Counted from the stretch's first letter, positions 28,921-39,916 are shown. The stretch: DNA of 42,241 bases from Salisapilia sapeloensis CBS 127946 (GCA_023334545.1 JAADVB010000169.1:1-42241), one strand, 5' to 3'. Numbers and translations are program-made. Notes: generated by a model not told the origin, from the sequence alone.

Positions 28921-31062
28921 CGCTACTCTGCAGACAAGCGTAATGTCACTTGATTGCTAACAGAAAGAAAACAGACACGAAGAAAATTGCTACTTTTATT
29001 ATCCACTGTTGTCTTGGACCTTTTCTATATGTCTGATTTCTGACGTACTCAATAGATAATTAATCTTGTAAATAGTGTTCTCGCATTTAATAAAGTCGTT
29101 TATGATCACTTGCGTTTGGTTGATCGTATCATTTGCTGGGTCGACAGACAGTCTTCCTCGCTAGATTTTCCTACCATTACATTATTACCAGAACCGTAAA
29201 TAGGTCTTGGGGTTTTATGGAAGAATAACATTTTGATATCTACCAAGCAACGAAGGAAAGGACATACTTTGGTCAAACTCCTCTCTATGGATATATTTAT
29301 TTGCCGATTTATTTTTCTTTATACTCACCTTTAGTATCGAATCCATATCTCCACACAACCTGCATATAATTTTAGCAAAAGCCGCTTTTTCTGTTATTGA
29401 TCATTACAGAAGACGTGCATCAAGGTTCCTTCCTATCAATTTGGAGGCACATCTCATAGGCGAATAGATCACTTGGTTTGACAATGCTACACTTAGCTTC
29501 AGGTCAGAAAATATTACGCATATGGTACCGTCACACATTCATTTTATTATGGCGTTGTGAACACTGAACAAATGAATCGACTTTAAAATTCTAAGAAAAG
29601 ATAGTAAAACTCATCATGATCCGTATAAATCAATGAACGAATCTTGATGATAAAACGGACATATTTACAAAGAAATAAATTATAGCAGATACGCAGTTAG
29701 AGAAACGGGGGTTTGATTTGGTATCGTTCACTGGCCGTATCGCGTGTTTATCACTGCGTGCGCTTCTATATCAGCATGAGTCATTACGAGCTATCTTAAG
29801 GTCATGGAGGGTGGGAAGCGGCTCGAATAGGCGCCAGACTTGTAAGTTCATCTTCTTCGTTTGTACCCAAATAGAGCGCTCGTTGTAGCTTCATAGAACG
29901 AAGCAAATGCTTCAACCTAGCAAGTTTTGCGATTGCATCGGGGAGCAATCTACTTTTGCCTCTTTTAAGTACATATTCCCTCTCCGAACTGATGCTGTAA
30001 GCGTAAACTAACTTAAGCTGAATATGCTAGTAGAAAGCAAAGTGTGCTATCGTTTGGGATATGGCGCTTATCAATATGTACTTATTTTAGCTTCCATGTG
30101 ACTTTCAAACTTATAAACGAAGTATTAAGACTCCTCCAAATTGCTTTGAGTGCAGTGAGCACGCTGATTTTTCTTTGCAAGATAATGTAAAAGGGTTTGC
30201 AACCGGTAGCATGACACGGATATCGCTTTGTCTTCTCGCTTTGGTCATAATGCTTCTGCACCCTCATGCCTTACATTTAACTGATTAAAACTTTTGTTCA
30301 CATAGGAAATGAAGTCAAGTGGAGTGTTGGCGAATACTAAATGACTTAAACTACTTGCTGTATAGCTGGTAATGAAGATGTTGTTAAACCTTCGATTATA
30401 TGAAAGCGTAGCAATCTCACCTACGGAAGTTAAAAAAGCCCGCGTAAGATTCAAGATCGCATATGAAAGCTTGATCAAAAACAGTTGTATTGCCTTATGG
30501 TATGAGGAAGATATCTAACTACATTCAAGCGTGACGGTTTGCAAAGTACTTTTCTTGGCCTCAGCATATATCATACACAAATACGCATACATCCTGCTCT
30601 GCGGTTTGTCACCTCTAATGTTTAGGTTCATATTAAAGTCCTGTCTCTCCATACGACTTGACTAGGAATCCTATTTTTGAAACGACATAGCTAGCTGCCT
30701 CCAAGTGGCTGTCACAAGCTCTCCGACGGTACGAAGTAAAAGGGAGGAGTACCTATCCCAACACAGTGTCCTGAGGCGTCTTCATACCCAGGACTTGTTG
30801 CGCTCTTCCAAAGACCGCTCACAACCATCCTGGTGCTCCGATACTCTTTGCAAATTTCCACACGCTCTTGCTTTAATCTTCTTGCTACTAGGTATTTCAT
30901 CGAGCGCCCTTTGCCAAGTATCTAGAGTCCAGCAAATAAAAAGAAATGATCATTAGGCTCACTTGCAGACAAAGTATCCTTGCATCAAAACTTCAAATAA
31001 CGAAGTCTAGTAGAGATCACAATATTACGAGTGACTGGAAGTACCACATGTGACTGTTGTGT

Positions 31063-31101
31063 GTCGTCCGGATAAGGCTGATGCTATCTTATCCGGATGA
31101 C
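31063..31101. repeat. Inverted repeat/hairpin just upstream of the TTLL start codon
   Basis: TCCGGATAAG (31067-31076) and CTTATCCGGA (31088-31097) form a perfect 10-bp stem. It extends to 14 bp with one G-T pair; loop 11 nt. Confidence 0.6.
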
Positions 31102-31115
31102 GGTTTCTACTACCC

Positions 31116-33164
31116 ATGTCGCGTCCTATCCTTCGAGTCGACACAATTGCTACTAGAAATATAATGGAGACTCGTGTACGTCAGCGATTGCGAGAGCTCC
31201 AGATGAAAAATAGTGCCGGCGCAATTGATTCTATATCAGACACAATGAAGATGCCGCCACTTGAGGTCTCCGCAGCCACTCACATGCCAACACCAGCACG
31301 TATGCGCTATACGAAGCTTAGTGACGATTATAACAACAGCGAGGAAGAGTTTTGCAGTCGAAACGAAACAGAGGATGAAGAAGATGAGTCAGACGAGAGT
31401 GGAGGAGAAGATTGTGATGCCGATGGAGAAGGTGAGACCGATAGCTGCGTCTCTATTGACGCACGTAAGAATGCCAAGACACAGCCTGCAGCAATGATTC
31501 ACATTTTCTACAGCAATCGATCACCATCAAGGCCACCACTCGTGTGGTTTCCATATCCAGAACATCTTGATATCAATCCTCGACCTCCTTTAACGAATGA
31601 AGGCGGTACTTCTAGATTAGTTTCCATACCTTCAAGTGATCTCAAGGTCTACTATAAGACGCACTGGGAACGCAATTGTGTAAAGCAAGCATTCGCTGCT
31701 GCAGGGCTTCGTCGGACGAAAAAGAAGTGGACACAGTGGAGCGTTGCTTGGGCAAAGCACATTCCACGCACGAAGTTCAAGTACCTATCGACGTTCAACT
31801 CGCATTTGCATGCATTCAATCATTTCCCAGATCCATGGGTCATTGGACGTAAAGACCGTCTAACGAAAACGTTAGCGATAGCACGCCGGAAGCTCGGAAG
31901 AGACGAGTATGACTTTCTACCTGAATCATTCACACTACCTGATCAATTCGGTGCTTTCTCGCGCGCAATGGAACGTGAAAACAGTCGCTTAAAAGCCAGT
32001 CTCTGGATTCTGAAGCCTCCAGCATCCGCTTGTGGTCGAGGAATCCGTGTGATCTCGTCGAAAGATGTAGACAAGTACGTGACTAAGCACAAAAAGTACG
32101 TCATCCAGCGCTACTTGTCCAATCCATTGCTGATTGACGGCGTCAAGTTTGATATAAGGCTCTACGCAGCAGTCACGAGCGTGAATCCATTACGTATATA
32201 TATGTTTAATGAAGGTATAGCTCGATTCTGTACGGAGAAATTCTCCTTGTCGGATCTGAAGAACCGGTTCCGACATCTCTCCAATTACTCGATTAACAAG
32301 AAGAGCAATACATTCGTTGAAAATGAACACCATGATGAGCAGAACGTCGGTAGTAAATGGAGCTACTCTGCTTTACTTCGCTATCTTGAGGAAAAACACA
32401 TAACATCGGACGCTGGGAATGTTCATCGTGAGATTGAGGCTATTATATGCAAAACGATTCTCGCGATGGAGCCACACACGACTTCGCTAGTACATGAATA
32501 TGTTGGAGGTCCAACACAATGCTTTGAACTGTTCGGTTTCGACTTTATGATCGATGCAGAGCTAAAGCCATGGCTTATCGAGGTAAATGTCTCGCCATCT
32601 CTCATGAGTGCCTCACCTCTCGATAAACATATCAAAGGTGTGCTCTTGTCCGATCTCTTCCATCTCGTCGGTGTACCAGTTGCTCTCGACCGACTACCAA
32701 AGAAATACCGACCAGCACCTTCTGTCGCTACATCAGTATCACCACCTCATCCGTCTGCTTCCTACCTCCGTCGTCGATTACCACCGAGTAATCAAAAGCA
32801 GCCACATCGATACGGTCGGACTGGATCACACTCAAAACAGAAGAAGCACAGCGTGCCTCGAGGTTCGAGAGATGTTAATCGTGTACTGCACGACGTTGTG
32901 TTCGACACGTCTATTAAAAGTTTTGATCCAAGTCATTTGGATCTGTTCACGCATAATGATTGGGACATGATTCATGCCATGGACGATGAAAACGAGCGAA
33001 GTGGAAACTTCCATCGGGTATACCCTACTTCCAACCCGATTGACGCTGAGAAGTACCAAAAGCTATTCATGACAATTCGCTATAGCGATGCGCTGTGCAG
33101 TAAATGGGTGCAGACAGCACAGCATAAAGTCACTGCGACATCACATAAGAAAGCGGGTCGATAA
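31116..33164 (+). CDS. TTLL4: Tubulin polyglutamylase, TTLL4/5-like
   Basis: NHFP....IGRKDRL, WILKPPASACGRGI, IQRYLSNPLLIDGVKFDIRLY, HLSNYSINK, FELFGFDFMID..LKPWLIEVNVSPSL. The subfamily assignment is tentative. Confidence 0.88.
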   Translation: MSRPILRVDTIATRNIMETRVRQRLRELQMKNSAGAIDSISDTMKMPPLEVSAATHMPTPARMRYTKLSDDYNNSEEEFCSRNETEDEEDESDESGGEDCDADGEGETDSCVSIDARKNAKTQPAAMIHIFYSNRSPSRPPLVWFPYPEHLDINPRPPLTNEGGTSRLVSIPSSDLKVYYKTHWERNCVKQAFAAAGLRRTKKKWTQWSVAWAKHIPRTKFKYLSTFNSHLHAFNHFPDPWVIGRKDRLTKTLAIARRKLGRDEYDFLPESFTLPDQFGAFSRAMERENSRLKASLWILKPPASACGRGIRVISSKDVDKYVTKHKKYVIQRYLSNPLLIDGVKFDIRLYAAVTSVNPLRIYMFNEGIARFCTEKFSLSDLKNRFRHLSNYSINKKSNTFVENEHHDEQNVGSKWSYSALLRYLEEKHITSDAGNVHREIEAIICKTILAMEPHTTSLVHEYVGGPTQCFELFGFDFMIDAELKPWLIEVNVSPSLMSASPLDKHIKGVLLSDLFHLVGVPVALDRLPKKYRPAPSVATSVSPPHPSASYLRRRLPPSNQKQPHRYGRTGSHSKQKKHSVPRGSRDVNRVLHDVVFDTSIKSFDPSHLDLFTHNDWDMIHAMDDENERSGNFHRVYPTSNPIDAEKYQKLFMTIRYSDALCSKWVQTAQHKVTATSHKKAGR

Positions 33165-33214
33165 ATAAACGCGTATATACTTTGATACGTTCTCTTCTTG
33201 GGTACTCGCGAGAC

Positions 33215-35783
33215 CTAGTCATCCAGACTTGCAACATCTTCTACTACATGCAGTCCATCGTCTTCATTTGTCCCTCTATCTTTTTCGTCTCGAACACACA
33301 CTCCTTCCATTGTCATTCCATTAACAGAGATCATACCGTGCCTCCGACACTTATTCTCACGTCCATCAGGTGACCCTCGTGGTTGCAGCCACTTTTGACT
33401 AAGGATCTGTGCCGTTTCCACCGAAGGAGGTTGAACGGAGTTAAAGATGTGAGATAGCACTTGTCCTGTCGGTGCTCTTGGTCCTAGCACGATGTTCTGC
33501 ATCCATTATACTCGCTAGTTAGTGGCTCGTGTATGCATATTATAGAATTAGACGAACCGATTGCTTCATTCCAGACGAAGCGCTAGATCCATGACTTTTT
33601 GCATTCTTTGATCGTGCGTCTGGCTTTCCATCCCAGCTCAATTGGCTAGCACCAAGTTTCATTTTGATCGTTAGTGCCACTTCCACAATCTTCTTTTGTA
33701 GCGTCTCGAGCATGACACCGGATGATAGCTCACTTAGCAGCATCGGTCCACTGATCTGCTCTTGCTGACGTAGCATTGACTCGGCATGTAGGATCTCAAG
33801 TGCTCTTTGCATGATCTGACGAAGCTTTTGCATCTCTTCATTCCTCTGCTCTCGAAGTTCATCGTACTCGTCCGTGCGTTTATGAACCAGTGTCAATTTG
33901 TCAAACATATCGCGCTCGATGGACGCACACTTCTCGTAGACGTTCGTAGCACTCTCCCTTCGCCGAGAAGCTTCTGCTGATAATCGATCAAACTTGGACT
34001 GCAGCGCCTTGACCTCTTCCTGCAGTTCGACATTCAAACGGTGTTTATGCAAAAGCTCTTTTTCAACAGACAAGAAGCTTTCGACAAAGGATTCCACGTC
34101 TTGATATCCTGCTGTGTGTTGGATGAGTCCGAATGCCGTCTGATCAAGATCACAAAGGTTAATACGTTCTCATAATTTATATATCTAAAAAGCTAGAGCT
34201 ACCCGTGCATCCACAAGACCACTGGTTTCATCACATAAATAGCTGCTGGCGTCTGACAGTCCCCGAGCCTTTGACGGTGCTACTATATTCGGCATCGATG
34301 GACTATCCGAACTGGACGCAGGGGTCGTGGCATTTGCTGCATTTGTAGCACGCTCTTGAACGGCGTTGATGAAAGACTCGACATCGACTACAGTCGTCGC
34401 TGCTGGAGGCAAGTTGATTCGTCTTTCATCTTCAATAATCTCCGCTCTTCGTTCCAACTCAGTCAAGTCGTTCGTCAATTGGATTCTTTGCGTCTTGCTA
34501 GCAAGAATTCTGCTTTCCATGCCTTCATTCACGGTCTTTACATCTTCAATGTCAGACTCTAGTTTTGCTCGGACTTTGTCCAGTGACAGTAGCTCTCGAC
34601 GAACTTTGTCAACGTCCTGCCGGATCTGTTGCTGGACGGTAACTTTTTTCATATAGTCTTCTTCTGCCTTTGCCAAGCGATGCTGCATGACGGAAGAACA
34701 ATGCGCAACTGCGGCATCGTTTTCTTGCACGGCATTTACACCTCGAACACGTCTTCTCAATTCTGAAATTTCAGCTTCGATCCGAGCTTTCGTTTGATCT
34801 ACTTTAGCTAGCTGGTCTTTTGTTGTTTGAATTTGATTCAAGAAGGACGCATCGCTTTCTAACAAATGCTCGACTGTCGTTTTCAGTGGTGCCTTCTTCC
34901 TACTTGGTGGATGTCTTTGTCGGTCATCTCTGTCCAAGTCTTCATCCTCTGGTAATTCAGAATGAGACTGATGGAGCGTGTTCTTACTATTCCGCAATCG
35001 AATTGAGCTCATCTGCTGATCGCCCCCGCTAGAAATCGGGTCTACCTTGTTAACATTTGCGAGAAATTTGGACCTGAACTTGGAGTTGGGTTTCCGTCCT
35101 AGTAAAGATAAACTCTTACTTTGTGCTAAACTCTTCGTTTTATATGTCTTCGGTAACTCGGGTGTAGATGACATGTGAGAACCAGCAGGATTGACTGGAC
35201 TATTCGTATCTTGGTTACTAGTTTGAATCCCTCTAGAACGGCTCTTAGCTGGAAGCGCTGCATCTTCATTTTCATTCTTGTCCATCTTAAAGCCTTCCGA
35301 GTCTCCTTGACTGCTACTTTCTGAAGTCGTCAAACTCTTCAAGTAGGATGTTGGTGGTTTACCCCAAAGCAATGGACTCGTATTGGAACGATGAGGGAGA
35401 GCTGATTTAGATCGACTTGGTAATCGCTTCCGCCGCCGAAGGGAAGTTTCAGCCATATAGACTACATAACGATTCGGGTCATCCTCTCTCTCCTCTATCT
35501 TCTCGACGACTCCCGTATGTTGTAGGTGTCGTAGCGACTTTCTATTGCCTAGCAAGAATTCTCGATGTCGTCCCAAGTTGTCGTCTAATAGCGCATTGTA
35601 GTTTGGAATCGAGTCCGATGGGAGGAAGCGCGTATCAAAGGAAGGTTTCGAGCTATCTTTCGATGAAAGCTTGGAATCGGACCCACGTGAAAGAGCTCGA
35701 TTCATGTGTGAGTCTTTTAAACTCTGCTGATAAAGGATAGGGAGAGGATTACAACAAGACTCATCAAGTATGAAACGATGCAA
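33215..35783 (-). CDS. Flagellar outer-dynein-arm docking complex subunit-like coiled-coil protein (ODAD1/CCDC114/CCDC63 family), at least 3 exons
   Basis: Introns DAR|TAFG and KQS|NIVLGP join ORFs 34185..35783, 33540..34097 and 33215..33502. The coiled coil QHRLAKAEEDYMKK...IRQDVDKVRRE and VESFVESFLSVEKE resemble the ODA-DC2 family. Confidence 0.6.
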
Positions 35784-36288
35784 ATTGTGTTTGGTAGTTA
35801 ATTATAGCTGCCCACAGGCAACTCGACATGATGCATCATGGTAGATCCACTTCAAATATTCTACAAAGTAGAACTTCACACTGTCAATGAATTCCATATG
35901 CAAGCGTCAATTGTTAGGCTCCAGGAAACGGACATTCTTTCAATGACCGATCGTGTGACGTGATGGATGGGCAACACCACGACACCATGTAACTCCTTTC
36001 GAAAAATCGCGGATCGCATCTATCTTCCAGATAGTTCATTTCTGGCGTTGTGGATCTGGTGGCGACAAGATTGTTGATTCGACTGAGCTGACAAGTGTCA
36101 TCTTGCCGGGAACCCTCATATCTTCAGCAAGCACGTGGCGTACGATACAACCAAGAAATCAAAGTATGAGATCAATGAAAAGGAAGTATATTACCACGCA
36201 TAAATAGGTGCGCGTTGAACATTTTGATGTAACTTTCTACTTCATTCGGCACGTTGAGAGGCTAGTTAAATCAGAGTATTGCTATCCA

Positions 36289-36758
36289 TTATGGTGTCTT
36301 GCTCGGTACGAATGGAAATGAGTAGAGTAGTTGTCGTGTATCGATTCGACAGCTCAGATTGAGCTTTATGTACGTCGCCGACTTGACATAGACGACAGCA
36401 CTGCACGCTGATACGGAGCCACCTCCATGCTCATTGAAAAGATATTCCTACTCGTACCGTGTCAGCATTTGATGATTACAAGTGGGAAGATAGGAAGTAC
36501 TCGTAAGATGTTGAGAAACGATAGAAGGTCGAGTGAGTCCGAACCGGATACGAGAAACCCGCTTGGGTCTTTCACAGTGCAGTACCTACGGATGAAACCG
36601 TTAGGAGGGTGTCTAGTAGACATATACGGATGAAGGAGATACCATCTCTCGATCGGTTGCGTGCCTTCTAGCCAGATCATTGTCTTGTCTTCTTGCTCGT
36701 CGACGGTGATTGTAAAGCGCCGTGTGCCGGTGTTATTGTAGATGGTAGCTTTATGCAT
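36289..36758 (-). CDS. Small uncharacterised protein of about 120 aa, possibly an XRCC4/SAS-6-type head fold, 3 exons
   Basis: Introns 36642-36586 and 36500-36448 give MHKATIYNNTGTRRFTITVDEQEDKTMIWLEGTQPIERWYCTVKDPSGFLVSGSDSLDLLSFLNILREYLFNEHGG...IKLNLSCRIDTRQLLYSFPFVPSKTP*. Confidence 0.7.
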
Positions 36759-37150
36759 CTTGTGCTTCCTTGTAAATGTTCCAAATGCAAAGTGATCAAG
36801 CACGGCGTCGGTGGGACAATTGAAAGAATCGGTGCGCCAGCTCTATTTCGTTCTCCCACGTACGTTGTATCCGAAAGTGTCGGTGTACAATCGGCCCGAG
36901 GCTGACGTCAGATCTTCGTACGAAGCGATAGAAAGAATAACAACGACCAACGTGCTTCTGTCGTCCACGAATTGGGTGACACTGTCGAAGTCAGCGACCA
37001 AGCATGACGCAAGGAGACCTTGGATATACTTAGACGAGTTTGTGGATAAATGCGATGGGTGTCAACGTCGGGCACACCTTCCAATTCGAAACAAGAGGAG
37101 TACCTGATAACGGTATGCAAGATGTATTGCTAGTAGCTTTAGGTCTATCT

Positions 37151-37651
37151 CTACGCAGTCGCGCTGGAAACCTTGTCGTTCGTGCTAGCAACCATGCGCT
37201 GCGGATGAGGCGTCGGCTTCACCGACACTTCCTGCCGCTTCTTCGGGACGTTGTACCAGAACCGGACGTATCCGTCTCGAGTCGCGAAAATCGTGTGGTC
37301 TTTGCCGAGGCCAACGCCTCGACCTGGGTGGTACCTCGTGCCACGCTGTCGGATGATAATGTTACCAGAAAGCACGCTTTCACTAGTTCAGATACAGTTG
37401 CATGAGAGTCTGGATACAAGCGACGCAAGTATTTCTAATATATAATGGATATACCCTCCGAATTTCTTCACGCCAAGACGTTTGGAGTGCGAGTCGCGGC
37501 CGTTTTTCGTCGAACCACCAGCCTTCTTCGTAGCCCAACGGCGTGACTGGGTGAAGAGGGCATCTGGAGCCACTGCCGACTGCTCGAGCATCGTCGAAGG
37601 GAACGCATTGGCGCCACAACGACGCATTGCCTTGGCCATCGCCATCGCCAT
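37151..37651 (-). CDS. MRPL27: Mitochondrial ribosomal protein bL27, 2 exons
   Basis: N-terminal transit peptide, [28 protein letters not shown], intron, then [30 protein letters not shown]. Confidence 0.93.
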
Positions 37652-37800
37652 GATCGACCTTGGTATATGATGTGTGGCGAGCACGCGCCTTTCGTCGCAT
37701 AAAATTACGCTGGATTTATATAAATCGTTGTAAGCAACTGTCAACTGTATTTCGGATTTGCGATCTTGAAAAGACGCATATCAAGAAGGCACAGTCGACG

Positions 37801-38233
37801 ATGACGTACGTAAGTGGTGGCGAAGTGGTTGAGCGACGCTCGCTATGGCGACCATCGATTATCACAGATACTTTCTGGAGCGTCGTGAACTTTGTCGGAC
37901 TCTTGTATGTACTTCGTACCTAGTATGTGGCTGTATATGACTCTCAGAACTGAGATATGTGTGCTCGAGTAGCTTTTCCACGGTCTTCTCGGTACGCAAG
38001 TCGTTTGCATACGACAACACAGTATCTAAGCATGTCGTTGTGGATGTCTAGGACCCATCGGAGCGGTCGAACGGCCGTATGCAAGGGAACGGCGGGACAC
38101 GTCGCGGCCAGCACCAGCCACGTCGCATGGGCCGTATCAATCACCAAGCGCCGACGAACCGTATCCTTTCCTTCTCTACTTCCTCTTTATGTCTACTCAC
38201 ACTCGACTAGTTGGATGCAGTAGCTGCGGCTAA
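37801..38233 (+). CDS. SELENOK: Selenoprotein K/SelG family homolog with Cys instead of Sec, 4 exons, 84 aa
   Basis: Introns 37905-37972, 37992-38051 and 38161-38210 give MTYVSGGEVVERRSLWRPSIITDTFWSVVNFVGLFFSTVFSDPSER...PRRMGRINHQAPTNLGCSSCG*. PRRMGRINH is a SelK hallmark. Confidence 0.88.
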
Positions 38234-38277
38234 AGCAAAAGCAAAAAACGTACATTTGGCATTCCTATCAAACAAAT

Positions 38278-39307
38278 CTACTTGCGTCGACCCTTGTTGG
38301 CCTGTCCTTTGGTAACCTTCTTCATCTTCGGTCCCTTCTTCTTCTTCCGACCAGAATCTTCTTCATCGTCATCATCAAGTGTTCGCTTGCCCTTTTGTTT
38401 ACCAGCATTCTCTTCTTTCCCAAGCACACGCTGCAAGACGTTCATACTTCGTTCCTTCTCCGTCGTCTCTGCACCTGCCGTCGGTAAGAAGTGGTTCCGC
38501 TTGCCCTTTTGCGTACGTTCCATCTCTCCATCTCGCTTCCGATCGAATTTACCCATGGAAGCAGTCGCAAACTGAGCATTCGACAGCGTCTTCGTCACGC
38601 CTTCCTTGCCCTTTTGCTTGGCCTTGGGGTCGCTCGAAGACGTCAGTTCGACCGGAATACCACTCGGCATGCCTTGCTTGCCACGTCCGAATTTCTACAA
38701 GCACCATGCTGTCAGCATCATATATCGATAAGAGGGAAGAATTGTATCGTACCGCATTCGCAGCTTGAGCCTGTAGGTTCTTCTGAACACGCTCCTTCTT
38801 GGCCTGCTTCTTCTTCGTCCAAGGATCAGAGACGTCTCCTTCCTTGACTTCCTCCGCCCAGTCGCTCATGTCATTGCCATCACCAGAGCCACCAGCACGC
38901 TGATAACCCCACGCAGCCTTCCACTCGCCAGTGGTTTCATCAAAGACCTTACGACTCTTTTTCCTGTTGTCAATTCCTTTTTCACGAGCGAATTTCTCCC
39001 ATTTCGTCTCGACTTTCGGCTTAGGAATTGGCTTTTCACGAGGTAGAGTGGTCTCTGGTTCGGGCAATTGAGCCAATGGGCCCATGTCAGACATTTCACG
39101 TGGCAAATCGAAGATTTGATTGATTAGAAGCTGGACATTGTCACGAGCGTGGAGTGCCAAGTCGTTCTCGCTCTTGTACGTGAATGGATGGGTGTCAAAG
39201 CCTGCCATATTGCCTAGATCATATCGCAAGTCATCCGTCTTTTGGACTTCATTTGTGCTGCCAGTGGCAAATGCAGCAGGAGCGATTTCAGAAGCCTTCA
39301 CGGGCAT
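38278..39307 (-). CDS. RRS1: Ribosome biogenesis regulatory protein RRS1, 2 exons
   Basis: YDLGNMAGFD, ARDNVQLLINQIFDLP, LPREKPIPKPK.ETKWEKFAREKGI and AQFATASMGKFD. One intron near 38690-38755. Confidence 0.93.
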
Positions 39308-39899
39308 AGTCACTAGATAAAGGTAGGAAGTGTCCGTGTTATTGCTCGAGATGGCAACTTGTTGTCGGCCAGCCATACTTTTCAGCCAATTATATAAACG
39401 AGAAGAGAATAATAGCCAATCCAGTGACAAATTTGGATAGAGGGTTGCGTTCTTGAAGTTAAGTTGAAGCCAAGCGGACAACATTCCAAGTCAAAGCGAC
39501 GGAAGAGCATACGGCGTCGGCGAAAGGCTGTATGTCAACATGATATTAAAGCGAACTAAAGGTAGAAGGTAGAGTGGCTCGCACGCAAGTACTTTACGGA
39601 TGCCATGTGCCGATTTTGACAAACGAACAATATTGTATACTTTGTTTTATATCAATGCTACGCGCGCTGGAGATGGTGAAGATGACTGAATGTCGGGTGG
39701 TGTACTCTCTGTCGACCAAGGACAACAATGCACGATCTCATTTCCTGCATAAGCATCCAATATCGAGTAAAATTGTGGTGGTGCAGACTATACGCCTTTT
39801 GACGATTGTGCCTCAAAACCATCTGGTGAGACCGAAAGCTATTGTGTGATCCTAGTCGATTCATCTTATGCCAGGTCATAATCGATTTTTACTTCGCCA

Positions 39900-39908
39900 G
39901 CTCATTTT
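39900..39908 (+). promoter_or_regulatory. Oomycete initiator (INR)-like element
   Basis: GCTCATTTT matches YCATTYY and ends 8 nt before ATG 39917. Confidence 0.45.
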
Positions 39909-39916
39909 AAAGCAAT

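Noticed and set aside
21000-31060. Transposon or viral origin for the AT-rich islands
   Set aside because: I saw no terminal inverted repeats, LTRs, target-site duplications or RT, integrase, transposase or capsid motifs.
31066-31099. Resemblance of the hairpin to enterobacterial REP sequences (CCGGATAAGGC)
   Set aside because: It is a single copy and a short match within continuous eukaryotic sequence. There is no sign of bacterial contamination.
35827-35840. Perfect 14-bp palindrome CATGATGCATCATG upstream of the ODA-like gene
   Set aside because: About 2-3 such palindromes are expected by chance in 42 kb.
35940-36280. Possible small plus-strand gene with intron-like signals
   Set aside because: I found no consistent ATG-to-stop model across the candidate junctions.
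36859-36910. Intron-like GTACGT...GCTGAC...CAG on the plus strand, with ORFs 36693..36905 and 36811..37107
   Set aside because: No splice phase gave a convincing protein with a start codon. It could be a non-coding transcript, but this is unsupported.
39484-39890. Short ORFs and possible ncRNA between RRS1 and the temptin-like gene, and in 41300-41620
   Set aside because: I found no tRNA cloverleaf, snoRNA box pair or Sm-site structure. The ORFs are not protein-like, so these are treated as promoters.
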